Source: Thermoplasmata archaeon (GTDB taxonomy: Archaea; Thermoplasmatota; Poseidoniia; Poseidoniales; Thalassarchaeaceae). From it: a DNA stretch of 56,141 nucleotides. Positions 28,801 to 38,123 of the stretch are shown one piece after another. Every line of letters begins with the position of its first letter. Position 1 is the first letter of the stretch. The DNA lies in the NCBI GenBank assembly GCA_002727675.1, contig PBXQ01000057.1:1-56141 (forward strand), given 5' to 3'. Under the pieces are notes generated by a model, which saw only the letters and a list, made by a program, of their open reading frames with translations, was not told where the DNA came from and did no database searches. A program made the position numbers and the translations under genes.

Positions 28801-28889
28801 GATAAGGTAGAATATAATGGGTTGTTTTTGATTTGGTCTATGATTAGTTGCCAACTCGGAGATTTTTCGCCCTCCTGCTCATCGGCCAT
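25857..28889 (-). CDS. RND/MMPL family transporter (sterol-sensing-domain type)
   Basis: Two-fold repeat of TM1, large loop and 5 TM; GLGVDYALHL and GIGVDDSIHV. Confidence 0.9.
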   Translation of the reverse strand: MADEQEGEKSPSWQLIIDQIKNNPLYSTLSDISDDIQGKVAEISGWTHSFAKGQTTRFYRTIFRSPGPIVIVMVLLTFLVGKDAMDFGQQINGDVEIYLPEGADSTELLLDVREQWSTDIVLLYIHTDNSIDDPTKRGTENVTDIEILRQISYLEGDDDNKDMGRYSRGIDWNKEDRGTQDGVVWILSASQMIKEANSAPNRFACSVEKYGLPIQTGDDCTITNQDPRETYVIPNNQDRINNTVENLGKSLDSLVIDTNGDGIWDTTVVVMGIRFDMTGTDVDTRTDPNGNEILDHKSFILHVKAVINDCSINYNEYDDHLCARDYEGIKLSSMEDERWGELPTRQAITVTGLTPVLHDVSDAIYLALEDMLPISLAFVCLVMIALHRNPKVLIICGTPIVLSLAVTFGTTVILDIMLTPMIIAAGPILIGLGVDYALHLINRIEETRNIMLEEHSLLVKQSKRDGEILDELEAWDKQLYLDATVHAIMTTGHAILLSAITTIVGFSVLAWAWLVPIQPMRTVGITLVLGITCTFFFSIILVPALGWLVRYRKTGGQKAEKIWEKIGEIPVKGAWIVIVVAFLISGVGAYILGAELGKDITGSSDEVPPGLESYETLREYSMVFEGGQTNMFIIDAEARGVRDDIAPIRHLEVLDAIEYIQEEEINHVENTTSISLVTILKAIHINVNFSGQEMYDRSLWELLHSPCWEDQLQPECIITGDIVITTATTREVMINIAFDTLSYEVRSMLMNEPMANLGETKTLVYVNQPYIALSRASELRDQLDAYLSDGGCDDALSCDALDVDGVKNSLLTGGLPVSLDINKGVHNAQSDATIATMIVLLFAMTLLFRSPRLAFFTMTAVGVVVLWQPLLMRTGDVNVNVFTAMISTIVFGIGVDDSIHVMDRIREEKETPGGIVKAVARTGQTIFETTATTCAGLAAGLTLAIPGLRNFFTLMMLLIFLALMTSSILLPALISAFKILESKIKGEGNWEDYRESAHIVSEVMEAELTG

Positions 28890-28960
28890 GCTACCTCCTA
28901 ATGGTTTGAGTATGAGAACAGTTCGCCCTTCTGGGGGTTAAAAATGGTGAAGAGGGGTAA

Positions 28961-29908
28961 TTACTCTACCCCAAAGTTCCTAATTAACAATCGTTTCATG
29001 ATAGTTCTAGTTCCTTGTAGTACTAGTCCAGTAAAAATTAGGCTAATACCTAACATTGAAAGCCAAGCAGCAGTCAACCCAGGGCCCACAGTGATGTCAA
29101 GGTTCAAGGTTGATCCAGTGAATTCATTGAATTTATTTAATGTCCTCATGCCAATGGCTGAACCAAGTGTTAGGAGCCCTGCTCCTGGTAGCCCAAAAGC
29201 CAAAATAGGCTTCTTTTGAGATAGTGAAATTAGTGCATATGATAAAACGGTGAAACCGTGGCTTAAAGCAGTAAATCTAGATCCTTTAGGTACATCATAT
29301 CGTATCACTGTAGGTACTTCAGATACAGATAGTCCCATTTCATTGCATTGCTCAAGCATTTCTAGTGTTGATTCCATTCCATCCTGCTCGAAACGTATTT
29401 TCTTCAATGCTCTATTAGAAAATGCTCGGAATCCACTTTGGGTGTCCTTTACTGATAAATCAGTAGTCAAATTAGATGTTGCTGTGATTAATTTAACCCC
29501 CAATTTCCTATATGATGGCATTTCTTCACCAGAGCCACCTTCAACAAATCTCGAGCCTATGACGAAATCGGACTCGCCATTATTTATGGGTTCTAATAAT
29601 AATGGGATATCATTTGGGTCATGTTGACCATCACTATCAAGGATTACTAATGCCTTAGCATTATTATTTAATGCATATTTGAAGATTGATTTTAGGGCCG
29701 CGCCATATCCCTTGTTTGTCCTATGGTAGTGGACTTTAGCCCCCAATTTTGAAGCGATCCTGGCAGATGAATCATAGGAACCATCATCTACACAAAAAAC
29801 CTCATCAACGTGTTTTAATGAATTAATCACTACAGTGCCAATCGTCTCTTCTTCATTATAGAGTGGCATTGCAGCGATAACGGGTCCAAGGGGTAAATCC
29901 TCGTCCAT
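28961..29908 (-). CDS. Glycosyltransferase family 2 (polyprenol-phosphate glycosyltransferase-like) with 2 C-terminal TM
   Basis: MPLYNEE, VDDGSYD, NKGYGAAL, LDSDGQHDP, VIGSRF, DTQSGFRAF. Confidence 0.92.
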   Translation of the reverse strand: MDEDLPLGPVIAAMPLYNEEETIGTVVINSLKHVDEVFCVDDGSYDSSARIASKLGAKVHYHRTNKGYGAALKSIFKYALNNNAKALVILDSDGQHDPNDIPLLLEPINNGESDFVIGSRFVEGGSGEEMPSYRKLGVKLITATSNLTTDLSVKDTQSGFRAFSNRALKKIRFEQDGMESTLEMLEQCNEMGLSVSEVPTVIRYDVPKGSRFTALSHGFTVLSYALISLSQKKPILAFGLPGAGLLTLGSAIGMRTLNKFNEFTGSTLNLDITVGPGLTAAWLSMLGISLIFTGLVLQGTRTIMKRLLIRNFGVE

Positions 29909-30003
29909 TGATTATGTGGCAAACCGGGAACTATATAGCAATTTACCGTAAATTGAAATTAATATAATGATTCAATATTATATCAAGAATGCTCATTTCT
30001 TGT

Positions 30004-30429
30004 TTATGCTGCCATTCTACGACGTTGAAATTCTTCAACTAGGTTTTTACGTAGAGTAATTTCTTTTTCTGCCACCCTATGGGCAACAATTTGTGAGATG
30101 TGTGGTTCCAATATTTCAAGCAGGCGAGCTATATCTATTGATTCTAAGCAATGGGGGCAACTCAAATCATTATGTCCTGAATTATTTTTTTCTTCACTTT
30201 CAAAAGAGTATAATGATTGCATTTTCGTCGTGTCTTTTTTACGTACTCTTCTTTTTGCAGTTTTTCTATCAGCACGTGCCCTTAAACTACCTAGGCCTAA
30301 TCCAGGTTTTTTTGAATCGAATTTACCTCTTTTCTTTTCTTGTTTGGGTTTTTCATCAATATCAAAACTAACTCCCGAACAAACGAATTGACGCAAATCA
30401 TCACCATCAGGTTTTGCTTCTATTGTCAT
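30004..30429 (-). CDS. Basic hypothetical protein with one CPHC
   Basis: ORF track; occupies the gap between GT2 and the epimerase; competing + strand ORFs look non-coding. Confidence 0.65.
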   Translation of the reverse strand: MTIEAKPDGDDLRQFVCSGVSFDIDEKPKQEKKRGKFDSKKPGLGLGSLRARADRKTAKRRVRKKDTTKMQSLYSFESEEKNNSGHNDLSCPHCLESIDIARLLEILEPHISQIVAHRVAEKEITLRKNLVEEFQRRRMAA

Positions 30430-30590
30430 ACGTAACTAATCAGCAGGCTCGCTGACGGTGTTATAAGCATATCCGATATCAATGCCAGCCAGCGCGCGAT
30501 TAACCTGACAAATCAAAATCTCCGTAGAGTAATTTGTGGTGTCACTAATACACGCAATTGTCAAAGAGGAAATGCTTCTCGGATAACCAC

Positions 30591-31532
30591 ATGCACTGTT
30601 TAGTTACAGGTGGGGCTGGATTTGTAGGCTCCCATTTAGTTGATTTATTGTTGGAATCTGGCCATAATGTTAGCGTTTTTGATAATTTCTCATCAGGTCG
30701 TAAAGAATTCCTTGCCCATCATGGCGATAAAATCAATGTGATTGAAGGAGATTTACTTGATTTAGATGCGGTAAAGGATGCAATGATGGGAATTGAGATG
30801 GTTTTCCATTTGGCTGCTAACCCAGATATTAGACTAGGTACAAGTATTACTGATACTGACTTGAAACAAGGTACTGTGGCAACATATAATGTCTTAGAAG
30901 CAATGCGTATTAAAGGCGTTATGAAAATCGCATTTGCATCTTCATCAGTGGTATATGGTGAGGCGAATGAGATGCCTACTCCTGAAGATTATGGCCCTCT
31001 ATTCCCAATTTCACTATATGGGGCTAGTAAGTTGGGTTCTGAAGCTTTAATCACATCATGGGTGGGGACTTTTGGTTTGCAGGCATGGATTTTTAGGTTT
31101 GCAAACATTGTTGGAGCGCGCGGAACTCACGGAGTAATTTTTGATTTCATTCACAAATTAAGAGCAGATCCTAACCGATTGGAGGTTCTTGGCAATGGCT
31201 TACAGGAAAAATCCTACATGGAAGTAAGAGATTGTGCCTCTGCAATTATTCATCTTGTATCTTCTACTAATAAACCAATAAATTACTATAATTTAGGTTG
31301 TGATGATACATGCAGTGTTAGAAGAATAGCTGAAATCGTAATTGAAGAGTCGGGTTTGCCAAATGTTACAATTGATTATACTGGTGGTGATAGAGGTTGG
31401 GCTGGTGATGTCCCTAAGTCTATGCTTGATCCAAGTAGGATGATAGAAGCAGGTTTTTCCACAAAATACAATTCCGAAGGTGCAGTGAGGCACACTGCCC
31501 AGACTTTAATGGAGGAGATTGGAATTGAATAG
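30591..31532 (+). CDS. NAD-dependent epimerase/dehydratase (UDP-glucose 4-epimerase-like)
   Basis: LVTGGAGFVGSHL, FHLAA, ASSSVVYG, YGASK (YxxxK), GWAGDV; start taken at ATG 30591. Confidence 0.92.
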   Translation: MHCLVTGGAGFVGSHLVDLLLESGHNVSVFDNFSSGRKEFLAHHGDKINVIEGDLLDLDAVKDAMMGIEMVFHLAANPDIRLGTSITDTDLKQGTVATYNVLEAMRIKGVMKIAFASSSVVYGEANEMPTPEDYGPLFPISLYGASKLGSEALITSWVGTFGLQAWIFRFANIVGARGTHGVIFDFIHKLRADPNRLEVLGNGLQEKSYMEVRDCASAIIHLVSSTNKPINYYNLGCDDTCSVRRIAEIVIEESGLPNVTIDYTGGDRGWAGDVPKSMLDPSRMIEAGFSTKYNSEGAVRHTAQTLMEEIGIE

Positions 31533-32217
31533 TGAAGGATTTAGAAGGAGAAATTTGGTTTATGATGATAATGCGGATGCTAGGCTGACTTCAGGTTTTG
31601 TAGTCGCTGGCGCACTAACTTTCATTATTCTTTCAGTTGTACTATTTACCGATGTCCCGCCAATTGGTCCAAATGAGGGTGAACTTGCTCCAAACTTAAT
31701 TGGTGAGGTTCACATGCCGAATTCACCATGGGAGGAATTCGAACTTTACGATGAAATAGATCATTCATGGGATAATGAATCAAGTCCTGATTCTAAGTGG
31801 TTTCTGATTCAATGGATGGATACTGATTGTTCACACTGCTGGGCAGAAGCGGAAAAAATGTCAGCTTTGGAATCAGCATTTGGTCAGCAAGTTACTTTCA
31901 TTAGTATTGCAGTCGAACTAAATATTCAAAATCACGATGCAGATCGTGATGAAATTGTTGCTTTTCAAGAAAAGGGTGCATTGTCAACCTGTAGAGGCGG
32001 AGATACAGATTGTTCCACTCGTGGTGGCGAGGTTCATAATTGGGCCTACTTTGATGATTTAGGTGGGAGTACTATGGACCCATGGGGTATTCAAGGTACT
32101 CCGTTTGTTGTTATCCTGAAGCCCAATGGAATAGTTGCATGGAATAATGCTCAACATCAAGGAGAAGATTTAGGTCAAGCGCTTTATGAATTATTACCAC
32201 AACCGGAGGCGGCTTGA
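31519..32217 (+). CDS. Membrane-anchored thioredoxin-fold (TlpA/redoxin-like) protein
   Basis: N-terminal TM; APNL; DCSHC (CXXC); WGIQGTPFVVILKPNG. Confidence 0.82.
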   Translation: MELNSEGFRRRNLVYDDNADARLTSGFVVAGALTFIILSVVLFTDVPPIGPNEGELAPNLIGEVHMPNSPWEEFELYDEIDHSWDNESSPDSKWFLIQWMDTDCSHCWAEAEKMSALESAFGQQVTFISIAVELNIQNHDADRDEIVAFQEKGALSTCRGGDTDCSTRGGEVHNWAYFDDLGGSTMDPWGIQGTPFVVILKPNGIVAWNNAQHQGEDLGQALYELLPQPEAA

Positions 32218-32808
32218 ATGGCTATTTCAACAACAGTTGTCATAATTATTTCTGCATTGGCAGTTTTATTGGGTGCGATTTCAAAAACTCAAATGGCTGC
32301 TTCAATATTTAGTTCGTTAGGAGCATCAGATGAGATTTCTAATTCAGCCAGTCGTCGTTTATCATTAGGTTCATTATCATCAATTGTGGGAGGTACTCTT
32401 TCTGCAGTTTGGATTTGGGCCATACAAAGACAAGAAGTAGTTGGTGTGAATTCACTATGTTCTCCAACTAGTGGTTGTACAAAGGCACTTTCAGACCCCT
32501 CGTTCAGTTCATTACCATTCACCAATTTAGAATTCGGGCTATTTTTCGTTCTTCTGTTCAGCATAATTGGTTATCTAATGCTCAGTGTATATCTTGATCC
32601 TAAATTAACTAGTGCTAGAAAGTATATTGGTTACAGTAAAATGTTTGGATTGCTAGGTTCATTGATTTCAATAATCATGTTAGTCTATCATTTGGCTATG
32701 GTTGAAGGTTCTCCCGCATTGTGTCCACTTTGTTTGATATTAGTTGGCGCCAATGTTGTAACACTTTTCCAACTTTTTATGTTGGATTCATTTGACTCAA
32801 TTGCTTAA
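32218..32808 (+). CDS. Vitamin K epoxide reductase (VKOR) family protein
   Basis: Loop CSPTSGC..AL, membrane CPLC, multiple TM helices. Confidence 0.85.
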   Translation: MAISTTVVIIISALAVLLGAISKTQMAASIFSSLGASDEISNSASRRLSLGSLSSIVGGTLSAVWIWAIQRQEVVGVNSLCSPTSGCTKALSDPSFSSLPFTNLEFGLFFVLLFSIIGYLMLSVYLDPKLTSARKYIGYSKMFGLLGSLISIIMLVYHLAMVEGSPALCPLCLILVGANVVTLFQLFMLDSFDSIA

Positions 32809-32818
32809 TCAAATAAGT

Positions 32819-33388
32819 TCACTCTTCTTCATTTGATTCTGATTGAGGTATTGAATCGTTGGCGAATAGAAGAAGAGCGAAGATTAGAACGAATCCCATT
32901 AGTGCCATGAATGGGATACTCATGAAATCAAACACATTAAGATATTGAACAGTACATGATTCAAAAGCGGAACAGAATGGAGAATGTTGATCTGGATTCA
33001 ATTGTAATTGATAGTGGTAAATTGAGATAAATGCGCCAAAACCAGCCATTGCTAAGCCATAGATACGAATCCCATAATCTGACCTAAATCCAGCAAATAA
33101 TAGTAGGAATGCCAGGGGATACATGATAATTCTTTGATACCAGCATAATTTACATGGAATAAAATGGACAATTTCTGAAAGATAAAGGCTTGCCATCATC
33201 GAAAATAGTGCTACGAAACCAGCTAAGAACAAGGCTCCTTGTGAGTGTTCATTCCTTAATTCAATCAATTTTTCAGCCAAATGCTCTGAGTTACGGCTAG
33301 CAGCAATAAATGCTAAAATTCCAATTCCAACGATCCCAGACAAAAGTGAAAGGACTGCGAATAGTGTACCGGCTTCATCTGGTGTCAT
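32819..33388 (-). CDS. Disulfide bond formation protein B (DsbB/BdbC family)
   Basis: FIPCKLCWYQRIIMYP, ISIYHY, second pair CSAFESC, SIPFMAL. Confidence 0.9.
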   Translation of the reverse strand: MTPDEAGTLFAVLSLLSGIVGIGILAFIAASRNSEHLAEKLIELRNEHSQGALFLAGFVALFSMMASLYLSEIVHFIPCKLCWYQRIIMYPLAFLLLFAGFRSDYGIRIYGLAMAGFGAFISIYHYQLQLNPDQHSPFCSAFESCTVQYLNVFDFMSIPFMALMGFVLIFALLLFANDSIPQSESNEEE

Positions 33389-33517
33389 ATTATCCCCAAT
33401 TTACTAGGGCTCATACGCCCATTGAAGCCACGTGAAACCGCTAGTTGATTTAATCACGACCCTGCAATGAGCCAATTTTAATCACTTATTGTATTGATTA
33501 AGGAAACCAAGAAATCA

Positions 33518-33802
33518 TTAGGGTTGGAAGATTCCTTGTAACTCGAATAATGATTCATCAGTATCAATATCAATAGGAACCATTCTTGTAACTGTCACTT
33601 CTAGCTTAAACTCCATTGGAAAATTTTCACGAAGTTCAGAATAAAGCCTAGTCTGTACCTCATCGGCAGTTCTTCCCCTTAGTATTGTTATACAATGCAA
33701 TGTTTCATTCTGACTCCTCTCTACATAATACTCTACTATCCATTCTTTCATTACTTGACGCTCAACATGGTAGTCTCCCGGTTGTTCGGATTGTTCTTCC
33801 AT
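33518..33802 (-). CDS. Hypothetical protein (~94 aa)
   Basis: ORF track 33518-33847; ATG 33802 (MEEQSEQ) is the more plausible start. Confidence 0.65.
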   Translation of the reverse strand: MEEQSEQPGDYHVERQVMKEWIVEYYVERSQNETLHCITILRGRTADEVQTRLYSELRENFPMEFKLEVTVTRMVPIDIDTDESLFELQGIFQP

Positions 33803-33918
33803 GGTACTATTATTACATTTGATGGGTATAAATGTCCCGAAAAACATACTTGATGCAGGGGGGCGATTACTTTATCCGGTAGGACAAACAAATCTCGTAA
33901 TTTGGGGGTTAGTGGGAA

Positions 33919-34914
33919 TTATTCTTCACATTCCGCACCATCGTTGGAGAGATGCAGGTCCTTTTTTTGTTGTATTGAATTTAATATTGGAGTGGCTAAT
34001 ATTAGGCCAGTAAGGACGATACCACTTAGGATAATTATGTAGCCATTACCTTCATCATCATGGTTTTCAGTTGGTTGTATTTGCTGAGCTGCGATAATTT
34101 CACGATTATTATTTTCCAAATATGTCACTAAACCCCATTTTTCTAGTTCATGATTTGTATTTTCAGATAAATTAAAAGTTATTGAAATATTCGTTGTAAT
34201 TTCATTATTTTCCCAATTATTCAATGACCAACCTTCATTAGGTTCCGAAAATTCAATTTCGCCATTGCTCATATTTATTACAACACCATGCCTAGCTACA
34301 TTGTTATGAATTTTTACTCCATTATAGGATTCTGGCTTGTCAATTAAAACGCCATTTTCGGTCATTATTATGTATAAATGCGTAGATTCATGGGAGTTTG
34401 TTTCTACATTATATTCTAACCTATTTTCATATTTGCTAACGGATAATTGAAGTGTTGAATGAGAAGTTCTTTGACTAGATGATTTTAGAAATAATTTTTG
34501 TAATTGATTTTGATTGATTAATCCCGAAGTGATCTCATCATTATCCATCCAGATACTAGGGAATTCAGCTTCAGTAGGGTTTTGTCCAAGGTGCCATAAT
34601 TGATATGTTGTGAGTCTATTTCCTAGATAATCTAATCCATCATCTGGATGGTATGAAATTCTCGCAACCTGTCTGCCCCTATCTTCTGTGAACTGTTCTA
34701 TAGATGATTCTGTACTAGAACAAATGTCGCACCAGATAGCAGTTAAATGTTGCATTACAATTACGTTAGAATCATGATCTAATGTAGTATTGTCACAAGA
34801 TAATCCGTGATTACATGCATCAGCATCAGCTTTGGAACTTATTGGATTTAGAATTATAGCAATCAAAAGCATTAGTAGGACAATGTTCACAATGCTCAGA
34901 TTGGCTCCGCGCAT
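33919..34914 (-). CDS. Secreted, membrane-anchored thioredoxin-like / Omp28-like protein
   Basis: Signal peptide; TAIWCDIC (CXXC); ISYH...FPSIWMD...LYIIMTENG...HNNVAR resembles Omp28-related domains; C-terminal TM. Confidence 0.7.
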   Translation of the reverse strand: MRGANLSIVNIVLLMLLIAIILNPISSKADADACNHGLSCDNTTLDHDSNVIVMQHLTAIWCDICSSTESSIEQFTEDRGRQVARISYHPDDGLDYLGNRLTTYQLWHLGQNPTEAEFPSIWMDNDEITSGLINQNQLQKLFLKSSSQRTSHSTLQLSVSKYENRLEYNVETNSHESTHLYIIMTENGVLIDKPESYNGVKIHNNVARHGVVINMSNGEIEFSEPNEGWSLNNWENNEITTNISITFNLSENTNHELEKWGLVTYLENNNREIIAAQQIQPTENHDDEGNGYIIILSGIVLTGLILATPILNSIQQKKDLHLSNDGAECEE

Positions 34915-34964
34915 GGTTTCCGCACACGTCCCCTTTACATAGGCGCGCCGGCGAGAGAGTTACA

Positions 34965-35720
34965 ATGAGTAAGAGATGGTACAATGAACACCGCCGTGAC
35001 CCATGGCGTAAAAAGGCCAAATCATCTGGTTATCGGGCCCGTTCTGCTTACAAATTATTACAGTGCCAAGAGAAATTTCAACTTATTCGTAAAGGTGATA
35101 CAATTCTAGATGTTGGTTGCCACCCTGGTGGTTGGTCGCAAGTTGCTTTGGAGTTGACTGGTGATTCTGGTAGAGTATTGGGGATTGATCTAAAACCCTG
35201 TGAGCCTATACCCGGTGTAGAGTTGATTGTTGGAGATATTACTGACAAAAAGACTCAAGAGAAATTGTTGGAAATGTTAGATGGCCAACCTATCAACTCA
35301 ATTGTTTCAGATATTTCTCCGGGATTGACAGGACAGTATGAAATGGATCAGGCAATTTCTCTTGATTTAGTTTGTTTATTGATGGATTTTGCTTTTCCTA
35401 TTTTGAATAAAGGTGGTTCATTTGTTACAAAAATTTTCCAAGGTCGAGGTATTGAGGCTGCAGTAGAAGTGGCAAAACAAAATTTTTCAAAGGTTCAGAG
35501 ATTCTCGCCAGTAGCAAGTCGTAATTCATCTTCTGAAACATATTTGGTATGCAAGAATAAATTGCCTAGGGCAAGAGGTCAAGAAGTTGATATTACTGTC
35601 CGTGATTTTGTAGAATCATCTTTGGCCAAAGAGGGGTTCATTACCGGGGTTGAGGAAGAATCTGAACCTAAAGAAAGTGGTAAGATTGGATTCACACTTC
35701 ACCGAGCACGTGATGATTGA
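34965..35720 (+). CDS. rlmE: 23S rRNA 2'-O-methyltransferase RlmE/FtsJ
   Basis: YRARSAYKL, LDVGCHPGGWSQ, GIDL, SDISP, FVTKIFQG, SRNSSSETY. Confidence 0.95.
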   Translation: MSKRWYNEHRRDPWRKKAKSSGYRARSAYKLLQCQEKFQLIRKGDTILDVGCHPGGWSQVALELTGDSGRVLGIDLKPCEPIPGVELIVGDITDKKTQEKLLEMLDGQPINSIVSDISPGLTGQYEMDQAISLDLVCLLMDFAFPILNKGGSFVTKIFQGRGIEAAVEVAKQNFSKVQRFSPVASRNSSSETYLVCKNKLPRARGQEVDITVRDFVESSLAKEGFITGVEEESEPKESGKIGFTLHRARDD

Positions 35721-35872
35721 AAATTTCAACTACTTTCAGTGATTATTAGTGTCAGTTTCGGTCGTAATGTTCATTTGTCTGTGATAAATCATTAACTCAC
35801 TGGTAATCACATTATATTCAATGGGCAACCTCAAAAGGGGGTGGGCATTCGGCGGCTCGTTGGGGATATATT

Positions 35873-36040
35873 ATGGCAAAGAGAGCAGCAGTATGCAATG
35901 CATCAGGCATCCCCCTAGTTGAAAGGGCGAGTACATCTTTTCCTTGTCCTAGTTGTGAAGAACCAATTGGCCGTTCAGCTCAATGTCGTAGTCAAGGTGT
36001 TCCTTACATTTGTGTCAATTGTGGATTTCAGGGGCCATGA
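35873..36040 (+). CDS. Small zinc-finger protein (DUF1610 / HVO_2753-like), 55 aa
   Basis: Hand translation MAKRAAVCNASGIPLVERASTSFPCPSCEEPIGRSAQCRSQGVPYICVNCGFQGP; conserved position before aEF-1beta; missed by the ORF track. Confidence 0.9.
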   Translation: MAKRAAVCNASGIPLVERASTSFPCPSCEEPIGRSAQCRSQGVPYICVNCGFQGP

Positions 36041-36049
36041 GGTGAATAA

Positions 36050-36322
36050 ATGGGTGAAGTTGCAATTCGTTACAAAATTATGTGCTCTCCAGATACAGAA
36101 TTAACAGCAGATGATATTGCTGCAAATCTAGAAGTTATGGAAAACGATGTAGGAGTAGTTCAATCAATTGAAACCAAACCCTTAGCTTTTGGATTAAAAT
36201 TTGTTGAAGCCTATTGTGTAATTCAAGAAGGCGATGGAACGGTTGATTCTTTTGAAGATTCAATTCGTGCAATCGATGGTGTCGGTGAGATTCAAGTTCT
36301 AGAAATGGGTCGCTTGATGTGA
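36050..36322 (+). CDS. ef1b: Translation elongation factor aEF-1beta
   Basis: MGEVAIRYKIM, KPLAFGLK, GVGEIQV. Confidence 0.93.
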   Translation: MGEVAIRYKIMCSPDTELTADDIAANLEVMENDVGVVQSIETKPLAFGLKFVEAYCVIQEGDGTVDSFEDSIRAIDGVGEIQVLEMGRLM

Positions 36323-36343
36323 ATAAACCATTTACCTTTTCAA

Positions 36344-37741
36344 TTATGATTGGTGTAAGGGTGCACGAGTAAATTCTCTTAGTAAAGTGGTGGCGTAAGT
36401 ACCAGGGGGTAGCGTAAATTGGAAATTAATGCAGGCACCTTCAGGATGCCAACGATCCCCTTCTCTAGGCCCTTCACTCCATTTCTTGCTAGCTTCTGAG
36501 ATGTCCATAGTTGGTTTAGAGATAAAATTGAAATTAGTATAATTTCCAGTTAGGGGTCGCTTGGTCCCTTTAGTAGTCAAACGAGGAATGTCTTCTATAA
36601 TCCATGTTATTTCGTCTAAACCCAATTTTTTAAGCACTTTTTCTTCAATTTCTCTTACTTCTCCATTTGCTTGTAATGGCGTGGTTCCAATTAAACTACC
36701 AGTAACTGCTAACCTGCCAAGTAAACAATTACGAGAAATACGATTAATAGTAGATTCATTTACAATTGCAAGTTTGTCAGTATCAATCTTACCATCAGTA
36801 TTGATTGAACCAACAACATCACCTATAATTGGTGACGATATAGGTAGCCCACTGCGTATTCTTTCGCACAAAATATGATTGAACGCAAGTGATTGCAGAG
36901 AATGTATGGTCATTAATTGTAGGTTGTTTGGTAACTTATTGAAGGCACCAACCCAGTCTTCAGGTTTCTTCTTAATGGCGTAAAGTAATTCTTTCTCATA
37001 TCCAAGATGTTTAGGGATTATTTCTAGTGAGGCTTCAACATCTTCAGTATCTCTCCATTCCTTACGAAATTTTGCTACATCTTCCATTTCATTAAATCCC
37101 TCCATTCCTATGTATGTTTTGACTGCATTTTCCCATTCTCCATTGACTACAAATTTTCCTACTACGGGTGTGACTGGCCTAGTTGAACCAAATCTTTGTG
37201 GCCCTATCCAGTTAGGAAATTTCCCTTCTCCTAATCTATTTATCAATGCATCAAGGATTTTTTCAATTTCCATTAAAGCAGATTCTTCATCCAAAGGCTC
37301 ACCCTTTTTGTTAGCACAACCCCTTACAGTAACACTGAAACGGTTACCTTGATGTGATCCCATAGAAATTTTTTGATGAGTTCTTCCGATTACTTCAACA
37401 TCTACATCTTTAATATCTACTTCTGCAACTTTATTTGTAGGTGCATCTATAACAAATATTTGGGTTGTAACAGCTCTTTTGTCTTTAGTTCCTGAAAACC
37501 AAATCCTTTTCCTTGAAATTTTTAATTCCTTGGCTAATCTATTGGTGAAACGATTAGTCTCCCAATTATTCAATGTAATCTTTGCTACCGTAAATCTACC
37601 TTTAGGGTCCAAACCAGGTCCATTTCCCTCTTCGACAACTCGGAAATCCTCTGCTCGAACTTTGATTAGGCCCCCAATTCCATCACCTTCACAAATCCAT
37701 TGGTCAAGGCCGAGGTTAGATGTAACCTCATCTATGTCCAT
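36344..37741 (-). CDS. truD: tRNA pseudouridine(13) synthase TruD
   Basis: GLIKVRAEDFRVVE, SGTKDKRAVTTQ, GNRF, PNWIGPQRFG, FTLPPGTYATTLLRE. Confidence 0.95.
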   Translation of the reverse strand: MDIDEVTSNLGLDQWICEGDGIGGLIKVRAEDFRVVEEGNGPGLDPKGRFTVAKITLNNWETNRFTNRLAKELKISRKRIWFSGTKDKRAVTTQIFVIDAPTNKVAEVDIKDVDVEVIGRTHQKISMGSHQGNRFSVTVRGCANKKGEPLDEESALMEIEKILDALINRLGEGKFPNWIGPQRFGSTRPVTPVVGKFVVNGEWENAVKTYIGMEGFNEMEDVAKFRKEWRDTEDVEASLEIIPKHLGYEKELLYAIKKKPEDWVGAFNKLPNNLQLMTIHSLQSLAFNHILCERIRSGLPISSPIIGDVVGSINTDGKIDTDKLAIVNESTINRISRNCLLGRLAVTGSLIGTTPLQANGEVREIEEKVLKKLGLDEITWIIEDIPRLTTKGTKRPLTGNYTNFNFISKPTMDISEASKKWSEGPREGDRWHPEGACINFQFTLPPGTYATTLLREFTRAPLHQS

Positions 37742-37753
37742 CGTATATCCGCC

Positions 37754-38014
37754 TTAGGTTAACTTTATGTTTGCGAATTCTTTAGTCAAATTTTGGGTGG
37801 TGGTTTCTAATATTTTAGCAGCATTTTTCCCTTTTTTAACTCGTAAATAAAGTTCTGGGTCATCTAATCCAGGGTGTCCAACAAAATAATTTGAATATTC
37901 TACATCTTTGTTTTGATTTAGTCGTTCACGGTATAACTGCAAAGCAGTATGGTTCTCGCCAATTAGCCTAATTCGTAATTCCTCGCCGTCGTTTAGTAGT
38001 ACCTTGATAGCCAT
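37754..38014 (-). CDS. rpoL: DNA-directed RNA polymerase subunit L (Rpo11)
   Basis: GENHTAL, YFVGHP, LYLRVK. Confidence 0.9.
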   Translation of the reverse strand: MAIKVLLNDGEELRIRLIGENHTALQLYRERLNQNKDVEYSNYFVGHPGLDDPELYLRVKKGKNAAKILETTTQNLTKEFANIKLT

Positions 38015-38123
38015 GTTATCGCTTCGGCGACCTACGGCTCCATTTTGAACCTTTGTAAAAAAACCTCATTCCTCAATGCTTGATTGCCTCGTACTTATCA
38101 ACGTGTTATGTTTGGGGGCATAC

